From a virus: a DNA stretch of 64,000 bases. The stretch spans positions 1 through 64,000 of the IMG/VR virus record IMGVR_UViG_3300024180_000005; one strand, given 5' to 3'. Each line of letters starts with the position of its first letter. Within the stretch, counting starts at the first letter, position 1. Below the pieces are notes generated by a model. That model did no database searches. It was not told where the DNA came from and saw only the letters and a program-made list of their open reading frames with translations. Of this stretch, positions 40,056 to 49,680 are shown one piece after another. The translations under genes and the position numbers were made by a program.

Positions 40056-40655
40056 ATTCGTCTTTCCAGTCAGTCCTCCCAATTTGTCTTTAATTTACCG
40101 CAAGATTTCTTAAAGCCAGAAACTATAGATACATATCAACCCGTCTTAGAGAAGAATTGGGTACAATATGAGAATGTTATAGATTATCTTAATTCTACTA
40201 TTAAGTCTGTTAATTTTCCAGGAATATCATTTGATATGCCAAAGCAAATATTAATGAGAGGTAAAGAAAGACAATTTAAACCTGCACAAAATGTTCAAGA
40301 TATAACAACAACTCATGAGTTGACTGTTACATTTAGATCAGTAGATGCCGATTTAAATTATTGGCTTATGTTTGATGTATTGACTAAACATTACCTTGAT
40401 GTTGAAAACGCATTCTTAAATCCATTTACTATAACTTGTGTAGATATACATAGGGACGCATTATATGTGATAAGATTTTATGAGATTATATTAAAATCTT
40501 TGTCGGATAATACCTTTAATTATTCACAACAAAAAGTTGTTGCTAAAGACTTTACAATGACCTTCCACTTTAATTTCTATGATATAGAGTTTATCTTGGA
40601 TAAGAGTAAGGTTCTGGAACTTGGTGCATTACCTCAGATTATTCAACGTCTTTAA
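40056..40655 (+). CDS. T4 gp3/tail-tube-like protein; frame open 66 codons upstream of ATG 40236 with no ATG/GTG/TTG
   Basis: IRLSSQSSQFVFNLP...IKSVNFPGISF...ELTVTFRSVDADLNYW resembles the gp3 family S-x-N-x-PG-x-S...L-x-x-x-F...D...NY pattern. Confidence 0.6.
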   Translation: MRLSSQSSQFVFNLPQDFLKPETIDTYQPVLEKNWVQYENVIDYLNSTIKSVNFPGISFDMPKQILMRGKERQFKPAQNVQDITTTHELTVTFRSVDADLNYWLMFDVLTKHYLDVENAFLNPFTITCVDIHRDALYVIRFYEIILKSLSDNTFNYSQQKVVAKDFTMTFHFNFYDIEFILDKSKVLELGALPQIIQRL

Positions 40656-40812
40656 TCTTATTATAAAGTTTATCAATAGAGTTCTTTCTTTTCCAAGATT
40701 TTGAAGAAGCCATATTCTGAATATTTTTTATTATATCAGCATCTATGTTCTTTGCGAGTTCTTCAGAAAGAATCTTCAGAAGTTCATCTTCTACGTTTAT
40801 GTTATCTTTCAT
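40639..40812 (-). CDS. Unannotated 57-aa protein resembling a major-capsid (gp23) helix
   Basis: MKDNINVEDELLKILSEELAKNIDADIIKNI...KRKNSIDKLYNKIKDVE*; ATG overlaps the acetyltransferase stop. Confidence 0.65.
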   Translation of the reverse strand: MKDNINVEDELLKILSEELAKNIDADIIKNIQNMASSKSWKRKNSIDKLYNKIKDVE

Positions 40813-41333
40813 ATTAAATTAAATCTACTAAATAAATCATCAAAATTAGATGAACATAAAAGAGGTGATATTTCATTAATTATTTGTTCATCCATATACC
40901 ACCACTTTAGTTTTAATAAATTACTTATTATTTCATCACCAAAACGATATTTAATAACTTTTGCCGGATTACCACCAACTATTGAATATGAGGGAACATC
41001 TTTAACAACATGTGAATTATTTGCTATAACTGAACCATCACCAATTTTAACACCACTCATTATAGTTGTGTTGGTTCCTATCCAAACATCATTACCTATT
41101 ATAACATCACCATTAGTTTTAGGATGGCCTTGTCCATTAAATCTATCAAATGTTCCTAACTCAACATGACCAAAAGGATATGTAGTTACCCAATCAGTTC
41201 TATGGTTACCACCTAAAAATACTTTTATATTACCACCAATAGAACAAAATGATCCAATATGTAATTGAGAACCTTCTCCCCAAGAAAATAAATTAATGTT
41301 ATTATGTCCATATGTATATCTACCAACTTTCAT
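40809..41333 (-). CDS. CatB/Vat-like hexapeptide-repeat O-acetyltransferase
   Basis: IGSFCSIG, NHRTDWVTTYPF, IGNDVWIG, VGGNPAKVIKYRF, KWW. Confidence 0.92.
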   Translation of the reverse strand: MKVGRYTYGHNNINLFSWGEGSQLHIGSFCSIGGNIKVFLGGNHRTDWVTTYPFGHVELGTFDRFNGQGHPKTNGDVIIGNDVWIGTNTTIMSGVKIGDGSVIANNSHVVKDVPSYSIVGGNPAKVIKYRFGDEIISNLLKLKWWYMDEQIINEISPLLCSSNFDDLFSRFNLI

Positions 41334-41427
41334 TATTTTATTTTTGAGTACTTTGGATTCAGACTATTTAATAGATTAGTTATTGCAACTATTAATAATT
41401 AGTGGTATAATTGTGACTACTCAAATT

Positions 41428-42009
41428 TTATTTTCTTTTTAATACAGTTAAACCGTTATTATTTTCATATTTTTCATATATTAACCATTTACTACCATTT
41501 TCTGTTTCTAAGAAATCTAAAACCGCATTCCATAATCCGTTTTTATTTGTAGATTTATTCTTAATATCATCACTCGCATGTTCATATATTTCTTCATCAA
41601 CTAAACCAAATGATGTTGTATCATGTAAAATTATATATTTTGATGACTTATTTGAGTGCAAATTCAATTCTTGTATTAATTGGTTATAGGTATGTAAAGT
41701 ATCAATAAATAATAAATCTGTTTTTTCTATTTCAATATTCAAAACATCAGATTCTATAAAAGTATAATCAATGCCATATTTATTTGCAATTTCAACCACA
41801 TCATTTATTTTTTGGTTTTTTACAATATCATAGCTAATCATTTTTTTTGGATTGGACATCAACAAAGGCCAAGTTGATGAAACCCATCTAACTCCCATCT
41901 CAGTTATATGATCACATTCTTTACCATATTTTAATAAAGTAGGTAAATGTTCATTGATATCAGATGAAATATTACACTGTTCTTTATAAATTAATTCTAT
42001 TTCTTTCAT
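41428..42009 (-). CDS. Class I SAM-dependent methyltransferase-like protein
   Basis: EMGVR, SYDI, DLLFIDTLHTY, ILHDT, NNGLTVL. Confidence 0.8.
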   Translation of the reverse strand: MKEIELIYKEQCNISSDINEHLPTLLKYGKECDHITEMGVRWVSSTWPLLMSNPKKMISYDIVKNQKINDVVEIANKYGIDYTFIESDVLNIEIEKTDLLFIDTLHTYNQLIQELNLHSNKSSKYIILHDTTSFGLVDEEIYEHASDDIKNKSTNKNGLWNAVLDFLETENGSKWLIYEKYENNNGLTVLKRK

Positions 42010-42087
42010 TTTAATATTATATTTTTTATTTATTGGTTGTGTTTACTCAATATTTACTATCTTTATAAGATAGTTTAATGGTAAAGT

Positions 42088-42852
42088 TTACGATAATAAT
42101 TTAAAGTTTTTATACTTTTCCATTATTTTATTATATAGATTCTCATCTAAACTTATATTTTTTAAATCTGACCATTTTTCTATTATTAAAATAGGGTATT
42201 CTTTATAGTAAGAAATATTTATACTATTCGTGACGACTGGAATCGATTTAAAGTATATAGACTCCCAAGTCTTATGACAATCTATACCATTACCATTTGG
42301 TGATATAACAAAATAACTTTTAGATATCTCACGTAAGTAGGACTCAAAATCAACTCTTTCTGAATTTTTAATTGGATATATACTATTTAAACATGTTGTT
42401 CTTTCATTCATATTAGTATTAATATCTATATTACAATATACGTTATTTACTTTTTTATTATTTTCTATCATTACCTTTTTTATAATATCGGTATTACCGT
42501 GTGGCCACCTAATATTCGCAATTCCAATTGGAATAGAAAATAATTTATAATGTAAAAAGTTAATATTCTGACCATACCATTTTAGTAAATAATCATTATT
42601 CATTATTGATAAATAACTATCATTTATAGAAAGATCACTATTATGTGTATATAATATAAATTTATTTTTAATATTTGGAAGAATAATTGATTTAAAATCA
42701 TTTAACATATCTGTTTTAACAAATATCTTCATCCCATCAAATTGATTAACTTTATTAATATCAAATTGATAAAACTCATCGTATATAAAATCACATTTCT
42801 TTCTATATCCCATCCCAGTTATAAAAGGAAGTGAATCTTTTGTTAAATCCAT
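42088..42852 (-). CDS. Exostosin/GT47-like glycosyltransferase
   Basis: THNSD, IPIGI, SKSYFVISPNGNGIDCHKTWES...IPVV. Confidence 0.75.
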   Translation of the reverse strand: MDLTKDSLPFITGMGYRKKCDFIYDEFYQFDINKVNQFDGMKIFVKTDMLNDFKSIILPNIKNKFILYTHNSDLSINDSYLSIMNNDYLLKWYGQNINFLHYKLFSIPIGIANIRWPHGNTDIIKKVMIENNKKVNNVYCNIDINTNMNERTTCLNSIYPIKNSERVDFESYLREISKSYFVISPNGNGIDCHKTWESIYFKSIPVVTNSINISYYKEYPILIIEKWSDLKNISLDENLYNKIMEKYKNFKLLS

Positions 42853-43562
42853 AGGTTATTAATCATTTTATCTATTTCCAATTTATATTGTGAATATGGT
42901 CTAAGTGAGTGACAATCTATATAATATCCCTTTTTTAAGGTATCAATATCATAAACCCAATTAGATCTATCAATCCTATTCATAGCCATACCATATTTCC
43001 AACCTCTCTCAGTTAGATATATTTTATCTCTATAATTAAACTCATTAACACATTTACCGAAATAAAGTTCATCAGTATCCCATCCCTGTTCAAACTTTGA
43101 CAACCTATCACAATATTCACCAAATTCACATTTTAAATCCAAAACATCGTTAAATATCTGACCTTTGCCAACATTATAGCATAACGGATATCTAGTTGTG
43201 TTATAAGCATCTGAACTTAATATAGCCAAACTATCATCATTTAGTTCATTAACTATATTATTAAAATAATAATGACTGAGAGGTAGCATATCTATATCGG
43301 ATGTTATACAAACATCATCTAGGTAATATTTTGTTATATACATTCTAACAATTTGTGACTGAAAGGCTGTTGAATAACCATCAACTGATTTTACTTCATG
43401 TATTATATGGTCGTCATTATCGGTAACTAAATCCTTATCAGATATTAAAACTAATATAGGTTTTATTTTAATTAATTTAATCCAAAGATCCCTAACAATT
43501 GGCCAGAAATCCAAATACATAGGATTACTATCAGAAGCTACTATCGCGTAATCAATTTTCAT
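42843..43562 (-). CDS. Putative glycosyltransferase (DxD)
   Basis: SQIVR, TSDIDMLPL, YPLCY, WDTDE, RIDR, DCHSLRP. Confidence 0.65.
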   Translation of the reverse strand: MKIDYAIVASDSNPMYLDFWPIVRDLWIKLIKIKPILVLISDKDLVTDNDDHIIHEVKSVDGYSTAFQSQIVRMYITKYYLDDVCITSDIDMLPLSHYYFNNIVNELNDDSLAILSSDAYNTTRYPLCYNVGKGQIFNDVLDLKCEFGEYCDRLSKFEQGWDTDELYFGKCVNEFNYRDKIYLTERGWKYGMAMNRIDRSNWVYDIDTLKKGYYIDCHSLRPYSQYKLEIDKMINNLWI

Positions 43563-43571
43563 TTATATGTA

Positions 43572-44234
43572 TTAAGTTTTTAATTTTTTTAATTTATTTT
43601 CTAATTCATTCATTATTCTAACATCACCAGTTCTATCACCAATAGTTTTACATCTAAAATGAAAATAATCAAAAATATTATCCGGGACCGGAGTATTTTT
43701 TATATCCAACCTTTTAGAAAAAGTTGGATAAATTCCAATATCTCTTAATAAACAAGCAAGTGCTACATCATCTATAAACTGATGATTCCATTTATTTCTA
43801 TTTTCTACTACTTTTTCAACTAAATCTTTGGATATAAAATATCCACAACCACTAGCGAAATTTATATCACCATGATTACCTATAATACCGTTATAAAACT
43901 CATTAAAAGGTTTATCATCTAAATAGTCAACTAACTTCTCAATATTAACATAACTGCTACTATTGGTCCTAAAGATATAATCAAAATTATTACCTTTTAA
44001 TAAAATCTCAAAAGCTCTAATAGTTTTATACCCTATATTATTATAACCTTCCGGATAGTTTGTTATTATTTTATCTTCATAAATGTACTCATCTTGCCCA
44101 CCATGGTAAAAAAATACTTTTACATTATCTAGATTATGATTTGCCCAAGTTTTTTTTATACAATTCTCCAACATAACATAAGGTTCTTGATAATGACTCA
44201 ATACCAATATTATTACATTTTTTCTATTTGACAT
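43572..44234 (-). CDS. Putative GT31-like glycosyltransferase
   Basis: KT..AF, FDYIFRTNSSSY, FASGCGYFISKD, DDVAL. Confidence 0.7.
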   Translation of the reverse strand: MSNRKNVIILVLSHYQEPYVMLENCIKKTWANHNLDNVKVFFYHGGQDEYIYEDKIITNYPEGYNNIGYKTIRAFEILLKGNNFDYIFRTNSSSYVNIEKLVDYLDDKPFNEFYNGIIGNHGDINFASGCGYFISKDLVEKVVENRNKWNHQFIDDVALACLLRDIGIYPTFSKRLDIKNTPVPDNIFDYFHFRCKTIGDRTGDVRIMNELENKLKKLKT

Positions 44235-44238
44235 TATC

Positions 44239-44913
44239 CTAAAAATTTTTTATTATTTTCCAAAAATCAGGATGTCTCTCATTATTTGAATCAAAAACAT
44301 CACCAACAAATTCATAATCTACTCTTTTAGATGGGAATAATCTAGTCTCTCCACCAAAATTCAAACCAAATTCTGAATGCTCCATCGCCGTATTGGTGAT
44401 AAGTGAATAAACACATTTTCCTAAAAAGTCTTGATCAATTCCCTTTCTCTGAAACTGATTCCAACCTTCAATTAATTTAATTATTTCAATTTTTCTCATT
44501 AATCCATTTCGTGAACCCCACATACCACCCAAAATAGGAACCGTATGATAAGGGTGATCTCTCATTATGTGAAAATCTTTATCTGATTCTAGCCACTCAT
44601 TTACGGCATTTACTTCTCTCTCAGATATTCTAGAGTCACAATCTCTGGATAAAAATATATCAACATCTAAATCCTCAGATGCCCAGAATCGCCAAAACAT
44701 ACCGTGGAATGAGTCCTTTGAATCCACTAATATAACCTCAACATTATCACCTTTAATTGTTTCTATTAATTCTGTTTTTGAATTTTTATCAATATAAAAT
44801 CTACAAATCCAACCGGGATAATAAATTTTAGACAATTCTATATTTTTTAGTGCACCAACCCAATACATTGGGTCATCACCCCAAAGACTATAAGCTATTA
44901 TATTTTTAGACAT
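44239..44913 (-). CDS. Putative glycosyltransferase
   Basis: YSLWG, YPGW, MFWRF, RDCDSR, MRDHPYH, GGMWG, DQDFL. Confidence 0.7.
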   Translation of the reverse strand: MSKNIIAYSLWGDDPMYWVGALKNIELSKIYYPGWICRFYIDKNSKTELIETIKGDNVEVILVDSKDSFHGMFWRFWASEDLDVDIFLSRDCDSRISEREVNAVNEWLESDKDFHIMRDHPYHTVPILGGMWGSRNGLMRKIEIIKLIEGWNQFQRKGIDQDFLGKCVYSLITNTAMEHSEFGLNFGGETRLFPSKRVDYEFVGDVFDSNNERHPDFWKIIKNF

Positions 44914-45646
44914 TTAATAAATTTATTTTTTCTATAACACGATCAAACCTAGATTTATTAGGTATTTTATGAATAGGAGAAACTATGCTATCAACAAATC
45001 TTTCTCTTTGATGCCACATATGTATTATAGTATTATTTAGTAGATTTGTTGTCTGAAATTCCTCACCAAAAACAGGTTCTAAATATTTAAATTTTATTCC
45101 ATTGTCTTTCAAAACCCACATAAAATCATAATAAGGCTCTGTTTCTGGCTTCCAAATCATACCCAAAGGTTTACCAGAAGATCCAAATTCCATATTATAC
45201 TCATAGTGTGAATGATTTCTTTTCTCATATGGATAATCCTCTATCCATTCCTTTTTAAATTGTGGAATTTTTTTCCTATTATGCCAAGTGTCTATACATT
45301 TTCTATTCATTATCATAAAAAATGAATTAAGCGCCATGTGATTACCACTCCTATACTCAAAATGACCATCTGGAGGTCCGGCAATATCAATATTATTATC
45401 TTCCATTTCTTTAATAAGATTTATTATCTCATCATTAGATGTTATAAAACAATCTTCGTCTATATGTACATACCAATCTGATTCAAAATCTTTTGAAAAG
45501 TTCAACCAATCATACCAAACCATAAACCATCCCTTTCTACCATCGAATTTAATATGATTAGAATCTGGGAAATTTTTTCTTATACATTCATCTTGTGTTT
45601 TTTGTATATCTGAAAATGTACTTGTTGTAAAAAATGTTATTTTCAT
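44906..45646 (-). CDS. Putative glycosyltransferase (DxD)
   Basis: HIDEDCF, NSFF, EPYY, HMW. Confidence 0.6.
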   Translation of the reverse strand: MKITFFTTSTFSDIQKTQDECIRKNFPDSNHIKFDGRKGWFMVWYDWLNFSKDFESDWYVHIDEDCFITSNDEIINLIKEMEDNNIDIAGPPDGHFEYRSGNHMALNSFFMIMNRKCIDTWHNRKKIPQFKKEWIEDYPYEKRNHSHYEYNMEFGSSGKPLGMIWKPETEPYYDFMWVLKDNGIKFKYLEPVFGEEFQTTNLLNNTIIHMWHQRERFVDSIVSPIHKIPNKSRFDRVIEKINLLNV

Positions 45647-46374
45647 ATTTTAATATTTATTTTTGTTGTTTCGATGAATTTTTTTATCTGTGTACAAAAT
45701 AATCCATCCTTCCCTCTTAAATAATCATCTGGATTAGAAGTTATAGAATCATCTATTCTCCAAACACCACCTAATTTAATCATATCAGAATAAAAGAAAC
45801 TTGCAAATTCGGTCCAACTGATATAATCATAGTTTGTCTTATGTGTACGGTGGTTTATAATCTCATTTTCTATATGATATATTTTAATCCCTAAACGATT
45901 AGCAACCATAGGTAACCAAAAATCCCACCATGGCATTCCAATTACATAGTTTTTATTGTAAAAAAGTTCAATATTTTTTTTATCAAAAATAAACAAATCA
46001 TATCCATCGGGAAATGGGTAAGAAGGGACATCACCCAATTCCCATCTCGTTGCTATAACTAAGGAATCATCAAAGAATTTATTTAGTTTTATTTTTTTAT
46101 TAAGTATAATATCAGAGTTAACTATAGCACATTTATCAGTATTAGTCAATTTTATAGCATCTAATATAGCATCTAATCTTACCAAAGTTTTTTTATCAAC
46201 CTGAAATGTTTTTCTGGTCTTAACTATGTTAACATCAGGATATAAATCTTTTATAATTTCTATCTCTTCTTCCGTATTTACGGTATAAACATCATATTCC
46301 TTACACCAAGAATCGATTGCCTCTTTTTGTGCATCAAAATTACCATATGGGTTTATTGTTGTAAATACTTTCAT
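45643..46374 (-). CDS. Putative glycosyltransferase-fold protein
   Basis: IVNSDI, GYDLFIF, GMPWWDFW; within GT cluster. Confidence 0.6.
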   Translation of the reverse strand: MKVFTTINPYGNFDAQKEAIDSWCKEYDVYTVNTEEEIEIIKDLYPDVNIVKTRKTFQVDKKTLVRLDAILDAIKLTNTDKCAIVNSDIILNKKIKLNKFFDDSLVIATRWELGDVPSYPFPDGYDLFIFDKKNIELFYNKNYVIGMPWWDFWLPMVANRLGIKIYHIENEIINHRTHKTNYDYISWTEFASFFYSDMIKLGGVWRIDDSITSNPDDYLRGKDGLFCTQIKKFIETTKINIKI

Positions 46375-47078
46375 TAATTAACTTCCAATCTTTTTTCAAC
46401 AGACATAGATTGTCTATTCTTCCAAGTAATATCATCTTCACCCCATTTAGCATTATAAGCTTGGTCTGCTTGGTCTGCTTCTCTTTTACCGGCAGCGTAA
46501 TGTAAATGTTCAAACATCGTCTCATCGTTCAACCTATCGTCGTAAAGTAGGTTTAAATCTTTTAAATTATTATATAACTCACAGTCGCTAAACATGTGGT
46601 TGTATGCGGGATGGTATATAACTCCATTCATTTTTCTTAAACAACCATAAGTCATTATAGGAATAGTAATGGCAGGATGTAACATATTAGATGAGTCTGG
46701 TAATTGATAGCCATCTCTAACCATCAATCCAACATCTCCTTTCCCTTCTAACTTATTAGTTAAGTACGTGTCCCATCCTTGTGGTGCCATAAAGTCATCG
46801 CTTGCAAAGATAACAATATCACTATCTTCACATTTACCCATCTTAATACCTAAGTTAGAAGATAATTGATAGGATGGATAACAAACACCAATCTTATTTG
46901 TATTTAATGTAATTAAAAAGTTATTTTTTAAATAATCTTTTAATTCTGTAGCCTGTTGTTCCCAATTAACCGCAACGTAGGTTTGTATATTTGATGGATT
47001 ATCTGCTCGTTTAATCCATTCAGTGTGCATTTCTTTAAATTGTTGAGGGCGAATTGTTGCCCATAAAATGTGTATCAT
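46374..47078 (-). CDS. GT2-like glycosyltransferase
   Basis: ATIRP, ASDDF, TIPIM, YHPAY, FSDCE, FEHLH. Confidence 0.7.
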   Translation of the reverse strand: MIHILWATIRPQQFKEMHTEWIKRADNPSNIQTYVAVNWEQQATELKDYLKNNFLITLNTNKIGVCYPSYQLSSNLGIKMGKCEDSDIVIFASDDFMAPQGWDTYLTNKLEGKGDVGLMVRDGYQLPDSSNMLHPAITIPIMTYGCLRKMNGVIYHPAYNHMFSDCELYNNLKDLNLLYDDRLNDETMFEHLHYAAGKREADQADQAYNAKWGEDDITWKNRQSMSVEKRLEVN

Positions 47079-47153
47079 AAAATTTATTTTATTTTTCTGG
47101 AATTTTAATAGAATAAAGAGTTTGAATTTAATTACTTATTTATATAAAAAAAG

Positions 47154-47183
47154 AAAGAGAGAGTTTTAAACTCTCTCTTTTTT
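47154..47183. terminator. Terminator after clpC
   Basis: AAAGAGAGAGTTT-TA-AACTCTCTCTTT. Confidence 0.7.
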
Positions 47184-47184
47184 A

Positions 47185-49302
47185 TTATTCATCTTTTTTC
47201 TTTCTTGGCTTCCTAGTGGCCTTTTCTATAATAACAAATGATTCATCATCTTCTTTGTTATAATCTAGTAAGAATTTTGTCCCTTCTTTTGGATTATTCT
47301 CAATGATATAATCTGTTACAATATCATCAACCCATCTTTGAATTGCCCTCTTTAAAGGTCTAGCACCATATTTAGGATCATACCCTACTTCAACTAAGTG
47401 ATCTTTCAAAGTTTCAGTTATTTCAGTTGGGTAACCAATATCTGCAGCCCTTTTAACAGTTTTAACTAACTCTAAGTCTACAATTTTAAGAATCTCTTCT
47501 TTACCTAAATCTCTGAAGTAGATAATTTCATCAATTCTGTTGATAAACTCTGGTGCGAATTTGTTTTTCAACTCTTTCTCTAGGATACCTTTGATTTCTT
47601 CATCTCTTACATTTTCTTTATTCTTTGTAGAGAATCCAACTCCTGTACCGAAATCTTTAACTAATCGAGTACCTACATTTGAAGTCATTAAGATAATACA
47701 GTTTTTAAAACTTACTTTTCTTCCGTGTGAATCGGTAACTTGACCATCATCTAACATCTGTAAGAATAGGTTAAATACTTCTGGATGTGCTTTCTCAATC
47801 TCATCAAAAAGAATAACTGAATAAGGCTTTCTTCTAATTCTATCAAGAACATTGGTATCTTCATAGCCAACATATCCTGGTGCAGAACCTTGTATTTTAG
47901 ATAAAGAGATTTTATCCATATATTCTGACATATCTAATCGAATCAAAGAATCTTCAGAATCAAATAAATATTTTGCAATTTGTTTAGCTAACTCGGTTTT
48001 ACCAACTCCCGAATTACCAATAAGCATTCCAGAAAAAACCGGCTTGTTAGCATCTTTCATACCAACTCTACCTCTTTGAATTGCTCTTACAACTTTCTTA
48101 ACGGCATCATCTTGACCAATAACCTTTCCACAAATCTCAGAACCCATCTTAGCAAGTCTTGTATTTTCTTTCTCACCAACTTTTTGTAAAGGAATACCAG
48201 TCATCATAGAGACTACTTGTGCAACATTATCCTCGGTAACTATTTGTTTATTTCTAGAAGATTCTTCTTCCCAGTCTTTTCTTGCCTTTTCTAAACTCTC
48301 ATTTAATTGACGTTCAACATCTCTTAATTTAGCAGCATCTTCATATTTCTGTGATCGAATAACTTCATTTTTCTTCTCTTTTATATCGGCTATTTTATTC
48401 TCAATATCTGTAATTTCTTTAGGAACTACAATATTTGAAATATGTACTCTTGATCCGGCCTCATCTAGTGCATCAATTGCCTTATCTGGTAAAAATCTAT
48501 CGGTAATATATCGATCTGTTAAATCAACACAAGCCTTAATTGCTTCTGTTGTATATTCAACATTATGGTGAGACTCATATTTATCTTTAATATTATTTAA
48601 GATTTCCATACTTTCTTCAGAAGAAGCAGCCTCAATTGTAACTTTTTGGAATCTTCTTTCTAAAGCACCATCTTTCTCAATATGTTTTCTATACTCATCA
48701 AGTGTAGTTGCACCAATGATTTGTATCTCACCTCTTGCCAATGCTGGTTTAAACATATTAGATGCATCCATTGATCCAGAAGCACCACCGGCACCAATCA
48801 TTGTATGAATTTCGTCGATAAATAAAATAACATCCGTATTTTTCTCCATCTCTGTCATAAGAGCTTTAATTCTTTCTTCAAATTGTCCTCTATATTTAGT
48901 ACCAGCAACCATTGACGCCAAGTCTAGCATAACAACTCTTTTATTGAAGAGAATTCTACTTACTTTTCTTTGAATAATTCTTAAAGCTAATCCTTCTGCT
49001 ATAGAAGATTTACCTACACCTGGTTCACCAATTAAAATTGGATTATTCTTTTTTCTTCTTGCTAAAATTTGAGAAACTCTTTCGATTTCTTTCTCTCTTC
49101 CAACAATTGCATCAAGTTTACCATCTTCTGCCATTTTAGTCAAATCTCGACTATATGTATCTAGAACCGGAGTTTTAGACTTTGCGTCAGTTTTTTTACC
49201 TGAACTATAAGAACTATCATCATCATCATCATCAAATGTCGCCTTCATATTTGGCAATCCTTTAAGGTATTCATCCCCTTTTGATTTTTTATTATTTCCC
49301 AT
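47185..49302 (-). CDS. clpC: ClpC-type AAA+ unfoldase lacking the Clp N-domain
   Basis: GEPGVGKS, KYRGQFEER, IDEIH, UVR-like YEDAAKLRD, GNSGVGKT, ClpP-binding GVGF loop, GARPLKR. Confidence 0.9.
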   Translation of the reverse strand: MGNNKKSKGDEYLKGLPNMKATFDDDDDDSSYSSGKKTDAKSKTPVLDTYSRDLTKMAEDGKLDAIVGREKEIERVSQILARRKKNNPILIGEPGVGKSSIAEGLALRIIQRKVSRILFNKRVVMLDLASMVAGTKYRGQFEERIKALMTEMEKNTDVILFIDEIHTMIGAGGASGSMDASNMFKPALARGEIQIIGATTLDEYRKHIEKDGALERRFQKVTIEAASSEESMEILNNIKDKYESHHNVEYTTEAIKACVDLTDRYITDRFLPDKAIDALDEAGSRVHISNIVVPKEITDIENKIADIKEKKNEVIRSQKYEDAAKLRDVERQLNESLEKARKDWEEESSRNKQIVTEDNVAQVVSMMTGIPLQKVGEKENTRLAKMGSEICGKVIGQDDAVKKVVRAIQRGRVGMKDANKPVFSGMLIGNSGVGKTELAKQIAKYLFDSEDSLIRLDMSEYMDKISLSKIQGSAPGYVGYEDTNVLDRIRRKPYSVILFDEIEKAHPEVFNLFLQMLDDGQVTDSHGRKVSFKNCIILMTSNVGTRLVKDFGTGVGFSTKNKENVRDEEIKGILEKELKNKFAPEFINRIDEIIYFRDLGKEEILKIVDLELVKTVKRAADIGYPTEITETLKDHLVEVGYDPKYGARPLKRAIQRWVDDIVTDYIIENNPKEGTKFLLDYNKEDDESFVIIEKATRKPRKKKDE

Positions 49303-49332
49303 ATTTTTAGTTTAAAGTTATTTTTATTATAG

Positions 49333-49680
49333 TTACTTTTTTATAAAAGTTGTTTTATTATTATTTAATATCTCATCGATTAAATTATCTCTTATATCAG
49401 ATTTACTATGTATATATATATTTTCACATCTGATACTTATAGACATATTTCGATTAAATTCTATATCGATTGTCTTTATATATGAATGACTTGATTTAAA
49501 TTTCATTGTATATATTTCAAATATTTTTCCTCGATCATATAAACTTATAAATTCATCATAATATTCTGGATGATTCTTAATATCAAATTTTAGATACATA
49601 ATTGCACAATTCTCAAATGAGAGTTGTGTTTCACATTCCAAAACATAGAAATTTTTATCACCAATCTTTATACAATTCAT
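49333..49680 (-). CDS. Hypothetical protein with C-terminal IRDNLIDEIL motif
   Basis: ORF overlapping upstream gene. Confidence 0.65.
   Translation of the reverse strand: MNCIKIGDKNFYVLECETQLSFENCAIMYLKFDIKNHPEYYDEFISLYDRGKIFEIYTMKFKSSHSYIKTIDIEFNRNMSISIRCENIYIHSKSDIRDNLIDEILNNNKTTFIKK

Noticed and set aside
40809-41333. Antibiotic resistance gene (cat/vat)
   Set aside because: The fold is shared with sugar O-acetyltransferases and the gene ends a glycosyltransferase cluster, so resistance cannot be inferred.
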